Positions 29,881 through 41,626 of a stretch of DNA of 64,000 bases are shown here, piece after piece; the stretch's first letter is position 1, and each line of letters opens with the position of its first letter. The DNA comes from Eledone cirrhosa (lineage: Eukaryota), in assembly GCA_964016885.1 (NCBI GenBank), contig OZ024743.1, forward strand, positions 126,666,001-126,730,000, written 5' to 3'. A model generated the notes under the pieces. It ran no database searches, was not told the DNA's origin, and saw nothing but the letters and a program-made list of their open reading frames with translations. The translations under genes and the position numbers were made by a program.

Positions 29881-30358
29881 AGTGAAGTCCACAACATGTC
29901 CACAAGATTTCTCCACGTATTCTCTGTTTGCTCAACAGAGTCAGGAGGGGAAATTAATGGTATTTCTACACGGAATTCAATGCTGAGTGAAAGGGCAAAA
30001 GGCACTAAGAATTTGATGTTTTGGTCTGAGAGATGCAGAGGTTCAGTATCCTTAAATAAAACAACACATTGCATAAGGATTCTTTTGATTTCACTAAGTG
30101 GTTATTATCTACTATAAACACACATACCCACAAACATAAACTCGAACACATACATAGACATTAACACATGTAATGAATAACCATATATTAATGCTCGTGT
30201 ACAATAGTGTAACTTATCTATTTATCATAGAAGGAAAAGAAGGAGAAAAATGATTGAATTCGGCAAAAAACTTTGTCAACCAAACCTTGTCAACAAGGTT
30301 TGGTTGACAAAGACTTTCTATTGTTTAGAATATTTAAATGATCCTGTTCGTTAAAAGG

Positions 30359-30430
30359 ATGTCGGTAGTGTAACGGTTAGCATGGTTTCTTTCATAGCAA
30401 TTGTTCGTGGTTCGACACCCGGCCGACTTA
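30359..30430 (+). pseudogene. Highly degenerate tRNA-Gly pseudogene (anticodon position reads TCA)
   Basis: Aligns gap-free to consensus with more than 12 substitutions. Confidence 0.8.
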
Positions 30431-30998
30431 CTTTTTTTTTTTTTTTATTTTAATTTCTCTTTCTTGATTAAATTTGTCTTTTTAATGATACCATTTGTTT
30501 TTCTTTGTAATTCAAATGAAATAGGGAAAGGGCAGATGTAAAAAAAGTATCAAATTCTACATCAGCTGCGAATATATCTAAGACACATCTCATGGACATA
30601 ATGAAAAATGGCGTAATTTACATTCCGAGATCAAATCCCACCAGTTGTGTCGCTGAAATTTTTTTGAGACACCATATGCAAGATGGATGACGTGAAGACG
30701 AGGATTATCGAGGAATTTCTCTGTTTATCTCATTGTGGCTACCTCCAGTTATGCAGAATGCTTCCTCCAACATTGCAAACACACAAAGGGATAATTTCGT
30801 TTTTCTGGGTATCAAAACCCTATGAGTACCAGCCATATGATACGACCTGGTATCTGTATCGAATGATTTGTTGAAGTCAACAAAGACTACATACAATGCT
30901 TTGTTATTTCTAAAGAGAAAACTTAAAGCAGCAGCTTTGCTAGACACAAACATTTTGTATAGTTCAATATCTTTAAATGATGGCAATGTTGGCATGAG

Positions 30999-31070
30999 GC
31001 GTCGGTGGTGTAACGGTTAGCATGGTTGCCTTCCAAGCAGTCGATCCGGGTTCGACTCCCGGCCGACGCA
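30999..31070 (+). tRNA. trnG: tRNA-Gly(TCC), consensus
   Basis: Identical to the 16685 copy; TTTTT terminator follows directly. Confidence 0.97.
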
Positions 31071-31909
31071 TTTTTAATTTTGTTTGTTTAGACACTCTTC
31101 ATGCAGAATTTATGTTCATAACGATTTCTACTGCATGTTACATGTCTAACATTTTAGACTATCTATCTATTTACTACTAAAACTCTGATCTTGCGTGCTT
31201 GCTTGCTTGTCTGTTATGTAATACAGCCAAAAGGGCGTATAATGGGTAAATACTTTGAAAGCAAGTTGCCTCTGAAATGGGAATACAAATTGAATTAAAC
31301 AAGTTTCGCGAAAATCTGACCCCGGGTTCCCGAGATTTGCGGGTTTTGGGGGTACCTTCGTAAATAGCCACAACGGTGCATACTGGGAAAATACCTCGAA
31401 ATTAACATAACCCTGCAAAACTTCGTAAATAGCCAAAACATTGCATAATGACAAAATACTCTGAATTAAACAAGTTTGACGTAAATCGCACATGGACAAT
31501 ATTTTCAATTTTCCAAAAATAGCAAGGAATTCATTTAAATTCAATTTATCTTATTTTATAATGAATATCGAAAGAAATAATCCATTTGTTTTTTGGTTGT
31601 CCATTCTGTAGGTAAGAGAGACAGAGAGGGGGTGAGAGGGAGAAAGAGAGAGAGTGAGGGGATGAGAGAGAGGGGGGATGACAGATAGGGAAAGAGACAG
31701 CGTCCTTAACTTTATTTATTTTAACTCTCCCCTCTATCCATAACGTTATTTCTTTCTCTCTCTTTCACAGTTATACTGCCACCGTGTGTATCTGTATCTG
31801 TATGTGTGCCAGTGCATGTGTTTACGTACTTAGAGACATGTGTGTGTGTGTATGTGTGTGTAACAGTACTTAAGTTAGAGACATATAGATATATTTATAT
31901 ATACATATA

Positions 31910-31956
<47 letters not shown>

Positions 31957-32676
31957 GATACCTTCGTAAAGTGATATAACCCCGAAATGGGGATAAAACA
32001 GGTTTGACGTAAATCGACATAAAAATATTTCTCGAATGATGAAAATAGTTTAATAATTATTAAAAAAAGATTTTTCAGAGATTTCTCAGTGAATATGATT
32101 TCAAAACTACAAGTTGTTTGTATTTCAAGTATCTATATTTCAGCTTTCTTTAAACAGACGATATTTTAATTATCAGAAAAGCATTAAGTGAATATCACTG
32201 AAAAATACCAGTTGGTGTTATACAGTAGGTATTTATATTTTTGCTTTTGTTAAAAAGAATATTTCAATTATTTAGAAATATTTTAAAGTGAATTTGATTT
32301 TACAAATAGCTTTATTTACATAGACAGTATCTTCATTTAAAAAAAAATTATTTTCAAGTGAATACGATGGAAAAAAATATTTCTTGGTATATTTAAAAAA
32401 TATTCTTAAGTCACTTAAGTGACTTAAGTGACTTAAGTGACTTGAAAAATACAAATTATTTGTACACTGAGTATATATATTTCAGCTTTCTTTAAACAGA
32501 ATATTTTAATTATTAATAAGTATTTTTTAAGTGAATATGATTTGAAAAATATGAGTTGTTTAAACAGATAATATTTTCATTATTTAGAAATATTTTTAAA
32601 TGATGATTTAAAAAAAAAATTTATTGAGGTAATAGGAATTTTTTCTAAGGTGAATACGATTTTCGATTCTTAAATA

Positions 32677-35600
32677 ATGCCTCGACGAAGAAAAAAGAAA
32701 ACATCTGGTTGGTCTATCGATAGTGGAAAGAAAGCACGGCTAAGGACAGCCGAAGAAGGTGAGCAAGATAGTGGTCAACGCAAACAAGATCGGGACAGGC
32801 ATGCGAATAGAAGGATCGATGAGACTGATAAAGCAGGGGCTGCGCGTCTGGCGGAACAGAGGGAAAGAGACAGAAGCAGGAGAGATCATGAATCGGATGG
32901 TCGGAGAGCTGAGCATCTGGCGGAACAGAAGGAAAGAGACAGAAGCAGGAGAGATCATGAATCGGATGGTCGAAGAGCTGAGCCCTCTGGCGGAACAGAA
33001 GGAAAGAGACAGAAGAAGGAGAGATCATGAATCGGACGCTCGGAGAACTGAACAACTTTGCCAACAAACCATTAGGGATAGAGCAAGGAGAGTTCAACGA
33101 CGTGACCTCTCTGCTGATGTTGGACAGATGAATAAGATCTGTCTGTTGTCATGCAATGCTTTTTCATGGTGAAACTGCTAACTTTTGCTGTATGAATGGA
33201 AAAGTCAGGTTGGAGAATCTGCAGCCTTTACCCCAGGAACTTCACAGTTTATTTAGTACTGATCAACCTAGGGCAAACGAGTTCAGGAAGAACCTCAGAC
33301 AATACAACTGCCTGTTCCAAATGACATCTTTTGGGGCCGAAGAAGTTCGTTCCTCAAGGAGTGGATGGAATCCTTCTATCGTTATTCATGGTCAAATTCA
33401 CCATTACATCGGTTCCTTAATCCCTAATCCCAACGAACAACCCCAATTTCTTCAAATTTACTTCTTGGATCCTCAGGATAGTGTTGATTTGAGGATCAGG
33501 ATACTCCATAACGATGGCATTCAGCGCGACATAATTGTTTCCACTTTTGGCACAAGGCCAGCAATTATCCCAGTGCATTACTGGTACTTTATTTTATCGA
33601 CTCCGTAAGGATGAAAGGCAAAGTTAACCTCGGCAGGATTTGAACTCAGACCGCAAAGGGACGTAACTATGCTGGAAAGCATGGCGTCCGACCCTCTACC
33701 GATACTGCCAATCCACCGCCCTTTGATTATTGGAAATAATACTCAGACAATATAACCCTTACGTTGCTTCATTTCGAATGACAAAAGAACAAATTAAAAA
33801 TATTCCCGAAGCTTCGATTATTATTGATCCTGATAGGAGACCAGCAATGGAACATGAGAGAAGATTTAATGCACAAACTGAAAACGAAGTTGCCGTTATT
33901 ATACAAAACAGCACCGAACTTCAAGCAAAAGCACGGCACATTGTGTTGAAAGAAAAAGGGTCATGAAAGAGGGTCGTGAATTGGTGCTGAAGTACATGAT
34001 CCACGGTCCGAATTGCTCTAAATTGGAAAGACGGAACGTGCAGTAAGCGGTACCCTAAGCCTTTCAATGAATATACATTGTGTGGAGAGGACTCTTATCC
34101 TGTGTACAGAAGACGGTTTCCAGGAATGGGAGGATTTGAGGGGCACCAAGAAGGAAGGGGAAGCCGAAATATAACTTCGGAATGGGTGCTTCCCTACAAT
34201 ATGAAACTATTAAAACTGTTCAACTGCCACCTAAACGTAGAGATGTACTCTTCCTAGAAATCGATCAAATACGTTATCAAATATACCATAAAGGGCAGTG
34301 ATCAGGCAATGTTTGGAGTGAACAGGGAAGATGAGATAATACAGTATTTAACAGAAAGATATATCGGTCCTTCAGAAGCTGTTGCCTTGGTACTTGGATT
34401 TCCAATTCATGAGAGAGAACCGGCCGTAGGAAAATTAAATCTTCATTCGGGTTAATCCTGCTGTTAAAGTAAACAATAACATGGCTAAGACGACTCTTGG
34501 ATCTTTGCGATCGCGATCCGTTTGCAAACACATTGTATTATGCCGATGTGCCAAAGTTTTACACTTGGAGTAATAAGAGATGGGAAAGGAGAAAGGTGGG
34601 GAAAACAGTTGAGCAGTATCCAGGGATTTTTGAGGCGAACGTTTTGGGACGAGTATAGACTGTTTCTCCACGAAGTGGTAACCTGTATTATTTAAGACTC
34701 CCTCTGCATCACGTCAAAGGGCCAGTATCCTTCAACTCTTTGAAAATGTGTGATGGAGAACTGCCATTATTCAAATACGTCTGCAGAGAGAAAGGTTTGC
34801 TTCAATCGGATGATCATTGGCAGCAGACTCTGGAAGATGCTGAGGGAACAAGGCTTCCCAAAACCATGAGAGATCTATTCATTGTGCTCCTCAAAAATAC
34901 GGAAATTGACAATTCCAGTGCTTTATGGGTTCGATTTAAGCATTCGCTGTCTGAGGATTACCTTCAAATAGAAAAAAGTGCTACCAGAAACTCCAACCTT
35001 TTGATTAGCGAGAGACATTATGATCAATGTCTTCTGTATTTTGAAGACAAACTTAATGACCTGGGCCAAATAATATTGTTGCTAATCAGGATATTGGCAA
35101 TTAGGAGTTATTGCATGAATTGCAATAACCAGAGAAGAGCAGCGACGATTTGTAGAAGAGACGGAGCCTCTATTGAATAGTGAACAAAAACACGCGTATG
35201 ACTTCGTTTGTAACAGTTTAGAGACGAACACATCTGTATTGATTTTCATTGACGCTCCAGGTGGAACAGGAAAAACATTCCTGATTAACTTAATTCTTTC
35301 AAAAGTCAGGGGAAACGGTGACGTGGCTATTGCTGTTGCGTCATCTGGCATTGCCGCAACACTGATGCCTGGTGGAAGAACAGCGCATTCTAGGTTCAAA
35401 ATACCGATAGTAGTGAAAGAAAATGGTCTGTGCAACATTGATAAAAATTCAAAGATGGCAAACCTCTTCCAGCATACAAGGCTGATTGTTTGGGATGAGT
35501 GTCCTATGATTCGGAGGGAAAGCTTCGAAGCTGTTGACGTCACTCTGCGTGACATATGCGACAACAATGAGGCATTCGTGGAATTTTGACAATTTGCTGT

Positions 35601-36496
35601 GGCGATTTCCGTCAGCTTCTTCCGGTAGTGAAAAGGGGAAATGAAGCGGGCGTGGAAAACGCCTGCATTAAAAAATCCAACTTATGGCGAAGCTTCAAAA
35701 GATTTCAGTTGAAGACAAACATGCGATTGGGTGGGGGAGCAGGAGACTATTCACAGTTCCTATTGGATATTGGAGAAGATAAGATAAAAAAAACTGAAAA
35801 TGAGGAAATTATTTTGCCAAAAGAAATGGTTCTCCAAGCAACAACTATGGAAGAATGTATTGATTTCATCTACCCCTCATTCGACAATCCAGCTGAAGTG
35901 TTTTCGAATAATTGCATCTTAGTACCTCTCAATGAAATGATGAGAAGCATCAATTCCACCTGTATCAGACGCTTCCCTGGAACCATAAAGGAGTACCGAT
36001 CCTATAATTCTGTGAGTGATGGTGCCAATGCCACTCATTTCACGACTGAATTCCTTGATTCGGTTGAACTGTCAGGACTGCCACCACAAAACCTGGAATT
36101 GAAAAAAGGATCGCCAATAATTCTTATGAGAAACTTGAATCCTCCAAGGCATTGTAATGGAACGCGCATGATCGTGGAAGAACTGTACGACAATCTCATA
36201 GTAGCAAGAATCAACACTGCTGCTTTCAGAAATGCGATCGTTATGATACCTAGAATAAGAATTAATCTATCCGAAGGTGAGGATATCCCTTTGCAGCGAA
36301 GCCAATTCCCAGTTTAATCGTGCTTTGCTATGACTATGACTATGGTTTATCTGAAACGACCTGTATTCCAACACGGTCAACTGTATGTAGCCCTTAGCCG
36401 CGGAAAACGAAAAAAAAATGTCAGAGTGTTTCTGAAGGATACCCAGTCAACTAAGAATGGTGTCATCAAAAGCATTCTTTTGAACAAACTGTAACA
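32677..36496 (+). pseudogene. Helitron Rep-Pif1 helicase ORF, disrupted
   Basis: R/E-rich 69 bp repeats (32848-33050), CCMNGKV, RQYNCLFQMTSFG, MIHGP, CSKRYPK, NCHLNVE, IKYVIKY..KG, FIDAPGGTGKT, IVWDEC, GDFRQLLPV, LMRNL..CNGTR and HGQLYVALSR. Confidence 0.9.
33531..33723 (-). mobile_element. Nin-type SINE nested in the Helitron ORF
   Basis: Reverse complement of the 20396 SINE; it splits GIQRDII / LEIILRQYNPYV. Confidence 0.88.
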
Positions 36497-37611
36497 GCGT
36501 AAATATGAGAAAATGTTGATTCCGACGTCAGAAAATGAAAGGAAAAGGAAAAACTAAGACAAGTAAGAATAATTTCTTTCAAAATTTTGTAAATAAAACC
36601 AGCTTTTCATTAACATTGCAACTTTTTAAGCAGAAAAATCTTTCAGAACAAACAGTCAAGCATCCATAGAGATATAGAAAAAAGAATTTTGAAGTGGAGT
36701 GATTGGATAGCTATTAGTGAAAAATGATTTGATATTTTCTTTGTGAAAATACTTGTGAATAATACAGTGAAAAGACAAGTTTCGCGTAATTCGGACCACG
36801 GGTTCCCGAGATACGCGGGTTTTTTCGGGTACCTTTATAAATAGCCAAATCAGCGCATAATAGGAAAATTCTTTGAAAGTAAGGTACCATTGACATGTGA
36901 ATACAAACGCAGATAGTGGTTGTGTGTGAGAGAGAGAGGGGGGGGGGGAGCTGGTGGTTTTTGTTGAATGAAATTATGACAGGTGACTTCAAAGAATTGA
37001 ATACAGCATTACTGTATCTAGCTTGAATTTGGTGACTGAATATTAAGTTATATGTATCTTATAACTTGTGTTAGGACAGGATGTATGTGTGTGCGTGTGT
37101 CTGTAACCAGTGTATATAGGCCACAGACACCCACACACACAAACATATATATATATATATATATACACACACGTACATATACACACACATACACGTATAT
37201 AGATATATATTGGCTTTCCAATGCCATTTTACATTATATACATTTTGTGTATAGTTTAATTATTTAAAAATTATTTTTAAGTGAACATGACCCAACGGGT
37301 CACGTGTGGTCTAGTATCTTCTAAAACTCAAGTATAAGTAGTTGATAAAAAGTTTTTAAGAAAAGAATAATTCTATACCCTCACTTAGACAGCATATCTC
37401 TGCTACATCTCGAAGATTTTATGTAAAACGGTGTACTTTACATTCCGATATCAAATCCAGCAGTTCTAACATAAGGTCAAAGTGGATTGGAGTGAAATGG
37501 TAAGGGCAACATGAAATACCTCTAGAATTGTTCGTTGTTAGGGAAACAAGAAAGGAATAGAAACCACGTATTGTTAATGATATCCTGGACCTCTGACGAG
37601 ATCTGTATGAG

Positions 37612-38807
37612 GCGTCGGTGGTGTAACAGTCAGCATGGTTGGCTTCCAAGCAGTTGATCCGGCTTCGACTCCAGGCCGACGAAACTTCAATTTTAAGTTC
37701 ATAATGATTTCTACTGCATGTTACATGTCTAACGTTTCAGACTCTCTGTATCTTCTAAAAGTCAAGTATAAGTAGGTGAGAAAAAGGTTTTAAGAAAAGA
37801 ATAATTATGTATCCTCACTTAGAAAAGCGTCTTTGGTAGAGAGCAAAAGATTTTTTGTTTAGAATCTTTAAATGATTTTGCCCATTGCAAAGACGTCGGT
37901 GGTGTAACAGTTAGCAAGATTGGCTTCCAAATAATCGAACTTATCTCCCATCACAGTGTGAAACTGTTCAGAACTGGACTTCACCGTGTGTGACGTGAGC
38001 TCTTTTGCCAGAGAGCAACGAGTAAACTTTCCTGTGTATCACAATCCTCTGAGTGCTAAGCCATTTAGCACGACCTAAATGCATGGAAGACATGGCTGAG
38101 TTGGGAGAAAACTTAAAGCAGCAGCTTTGGTAGAAACATACATTTTGTATAGTTTAGTATCTTTAAATGATAGCGTAAAACTTATATGAGGCGTCGGTGG
38201 TGTAACGGTTAGCATGGTTTCCTTCCAAGCAGTCGATCCGGGTTCGACTCAAGGCCGACACATAAGTTTCGTTTTTGATGGAGGTGCTTTGTCTTTTTAA
38301 TCATAACATTTCTTTGATTTTTATATATAATTCAAATAAGAGAGGGAAAGGACGGGGGTTAAAAACGTCAAATTCTTCTACATCAGTTACGAAATATATC
38401 TGACACATCTAGTGAACTTGATGACAAACGGCGTACTTTACATTGCGAGATCTAATCCCACCAGTTATGTCGTTGATATTTATTTGCGACACCATATGCA
38501 AGATGGATGGCGTGAAGAGGATAATCGAGGAATTTCTCTGTTTACTCAAAAGTCCAAGTGAAGAAAATCACAACATTTCTACCGGAAACCTACCGGAGTG
38601 CTAAGCCATTTAGCACGACCTAAATGTATGGAAAACATGGCTGAGTTGAAAGAAAACTTAAAGAAGCAGCTTTGGTAGGCACATACATTTTGTATAGTTT
38701 AGTATCTTTAAATGATAGCGTAAATCTTATATGAGGCATCGGGGGTGTAACGGTTAGCATGGTTGCTTTCCAAGCAGTCGAGCCGAGTACGACTCGCAGC
38801 CGACTCA
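37612..38807 (+). pseudogene. Cluster of degenerate tRNA-Gly copies: 37612-37683, 37893-37940 (partial), 38191-38262 and 38736-38807
   Basis: Consensus-like with stem mismatches. The last two share a duplicated upstream flank (offset 545 bp). Confidence 0.85.
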
Positions 38808-39679
38808 ACTTTATTCGATATTTTCACAGTAAACTCTGTTCATAATTATTTCTACTACATGTTACATGCCTAACGTTTTAGAATCTCTGTATCTTCTAAA
38901 AGTCAAGTATAAGTAGGCGAGGAAAAATTTTTAAGAAAAGAATAATTATATATCCTCACTTAAACAGCATATTTCTGCAACATCTCGAGAACTTGTTAGA
39001 TAACGGTGTACTTTAGGTTCTGATATCAAATCCGGCAGTTCTACCGGAGACTCAATGTGGATTGAGTGGACGGTGGAGCGCACAATGTAATACTTCTAAT
39101 ATTGATTATTAGGGAAACCAGAAAGGAAAAGAAACCACGTTTTAATAATGAGATTCTGGACATCTGATATTTACGACGAGATCTGTAAAAGAACATGTTA
39201 CCCGGTCAGGAGGAATGGTAGTTAAGTATCAGGTCTTATTTCAATGCAGCTACCTTCAGTTGAGCACAGAATGCCTCCTCGAACATTGCCAACACTCAAA
39301 GAGTGAACTTTTGTTGTAAATTTGTCTCCCATTACCACATGTAAGTGTTCAGAACTGGATATAATCCTGTGTCACCTGAGCCGTCATGCCAGAGAGCAAT
39401 GATAAGAGTAAACTTTTCTGGGTATCAAAACCCTCTAAGTACCAGCTACATAGCATGACCCGATTTCTGCATGGAATGATTTCGTGAAGTCAACAAAGAT
39501 CACATAAAATACTTTGTTCTTTCCAATATTTAACATAGTTATATGTTATAGTCCAACATTTATATTCTAATATTTAACATGTTTATATACAGAGAAGAGA
39601 AGGTATAGAAAACATGACATGTAGGCAGAAACATTTTATATAGTTCAGTATCTTTAAATGATGGTGACGTCAACGTGAA

Positions 39680-39751
39680 CCGTCGGTGGTGTAACGGTTA
39701 GCATGGTTGTCTTCCAAGCAGTCGATCCGGGTTCGACACCCGGCCACCGCA
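39680..39751 (+). pseudogene. tRNA-Gly(TCC) with broken acceptor stem
   Basis: ccgtcgg/ccaccgc acceptor mismatches. Confidence 0.8.
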
Positions 39752-41527
39752 TATTTAATTTACTTTTTTATATAGACTCTCTTCAATAAGATTTTACTTA
39801 TTTTATTTTCACAACGATTTCTACTGCATGTGACATGTCTAACGTTTAGACTACCTATATCTGCCTAAATATCAAGTATAAGTAGTTAAGAAAACTATAT
39901 TGAGAACAGAATAATTCGGCACCCTCAGCTGGACAGCATATCTCTGCTACATCTCGAAGACTTGAGGTAAAACTGTCTACTTTACATTCCGATATGAAAT
40001 CACGCCACTGATGCTTTTCATATTTATTGGAGAACCCATACACAAGAAGGATGATATAAAAACGGGTGTTATCGAGAGATTTCTCTACTTGCTCCCTGCT
40101 TGCTCTCTCCCAGAGTCAAAGAGAGCTAGCAGCGTCCTTCTTCCTGGAATTCAATGTAGAGTGTGAGCACGCGCAAAATACACAAGAAATTTGGTGTTTT
40201 GTCTCTGCGAGATGCCCGTTTTCAGTATCCTTGAATGATACAACACATTGGGTAAGGCTTCTTTTGATTTCATTAAGTGGTTATTTCTACTATACACACA
40301 CACTTACACATATATACAAAGTCGAACATATATATAGTTAACACATATGTAATGAATTAACATGTATTAATTCTCGTGAACCATCTTGATATATCATAGA
40401 GGGAGGAGAAGGAGAAAAATGACAGAATTCTGCAAAAAAATTAAAGCAGCATTTTGGGGGTACACAAAGACTTTCTATTGTTTAGAATCTTAAAATGAGG
40501 CATCCGCCTGCATAGTCGTCGGTGGTGTAATGGCTAGCATGGTTTCCTTCCAAGCAGTTGATCCGGGATCGGCTGCCGCATAGGTTTAGCTTTTGATGGA
40601 AATGCTTTGTCTTTTTAATCATAACATTTCTTTGAATTTTATATATAATTCAAATAAGAGAGGGAAAGGACAGGGGTTAAAAACGTCAAATGCTTCTACA
40701 TCAGTTGCGAAATATATCTCAGACACATCTCGTGAACCAAATGACAAACGGCGTACTTTACATTCCGAGATCAAATCCCACCAGTTATGTCGTTGATATT
40801 TATTTGGGATACCATATGCAAGATGGATAACGTGCAGTCGGGGATAATCGCAGAATTTCTCTGTTTACTCAAAAATCCAAGTGAAAAAAATGGCAACATT
40901 TCTACTGGAAACCCAAAGTGGATTGAGGGGACGTAGTAAGAGAATCTTGAAACAACTCTAGAATTGTGGGTTGTTAAGAAAAACAAAAAAAGAAATACAA
41001 CCCACGTATTAATAATGACATCCTTGATCGCTGACATTTACGAGGAGATGAGTAAAAGAAAACGTTAACAAGTCAGGAGGAAAGGTGGTTTACTGTCAGG
41101 ATTTATCTCAATGTGGCTACCTAGGGTTGAGAGTAGAATGCTTCCTCGGACATTGGCAATACACAAAGAGAGAAATTCGTCTTTTATGTTTGCATGTAGC
41201 CCAGCTTGTCTCCCACTAACTAATGTAAGTGTTCAGAACTAGAGATCAACTTGTGTCACCTAGCTCTCATGCCAGAGAGCAATGACAACAGTTGTCTTTT
41301 CTGGCTATCAAAACCCTCCGCATACTAGCCACATAACAGGGCCTGATTTCTGTATCGAGTGATTTTGTGAAGACAACAAAGACCATATAAAATTCTTTGT
41401 TATTCCCAATATTTAACATATTTATATATCATACAGAGAAAAAAACGTATAGAAAACCTGACTGAGTTGAGGGAAAACTTAAAGCAGTAGCTTTGGTAGA
41501 CAGAAAAACTTTGTATTGTACAATATC

Positions 41528-41534
41528 TTTAAAT
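41528..41534 (+). promoter_or_regulatory. TATA-like TTTAAAT at about -27 to -21 of tRNA genes (example copy)
   Basis: Same position upstream of the main array genes and of 30999, and at -26 of the isolated 16685 gene whose flanks are otherwise unrelated. Confidence 0.5.
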
Positions 41535-41554
41535 GATGGGGAAACATCCCAGAG

Positions 41555-41626
41555 GCGTCGGTGGTGTAACGGTTAGCATGGTTGCCTTCTAAGCAGTCGA
41601 TCCGGGTTCGACTCCCGGCCGACGCA
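41555..41626 (+). tRNA. tRNA-Gly body with anticodon TCT (C36T)
   Basis: Single difference from consensus at 41590; A and B boxes and TTTTT intact. Confidence 0.88.

Larger units (their letters stand above)
31166..37314 (+). mobile_element. Helitron (internally deleted, non-autonomous)
   Basis: 5' TC(tatttactactaaaa), 3' hairpin tgaccc-aac-gggtca (37288-37302) and CTAG end. It sits between A and T; removing it restores the spacer ttttagactatcta|tatcttctaaaactcaag. RepHel remnants lie inside. Confidence 0.93.

Noticed and set aside
30359-30430. Functional selenocysteine or opal-suppressor tRNA
   Set aside because: Gly-derived body with broken acceptor, anticodon and T stems, and no long variable arm.
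32406-32443. (aagtgactt)n quasi-palindromic repeat
   Set aside because: Short slippage expansion of an AT-rich Helitron internal motif; no evidence of function.
35173-36317. Host PIF1 helicase gene
   Set aside because: It lies within Helitron termini, is intronless and is disrupted.
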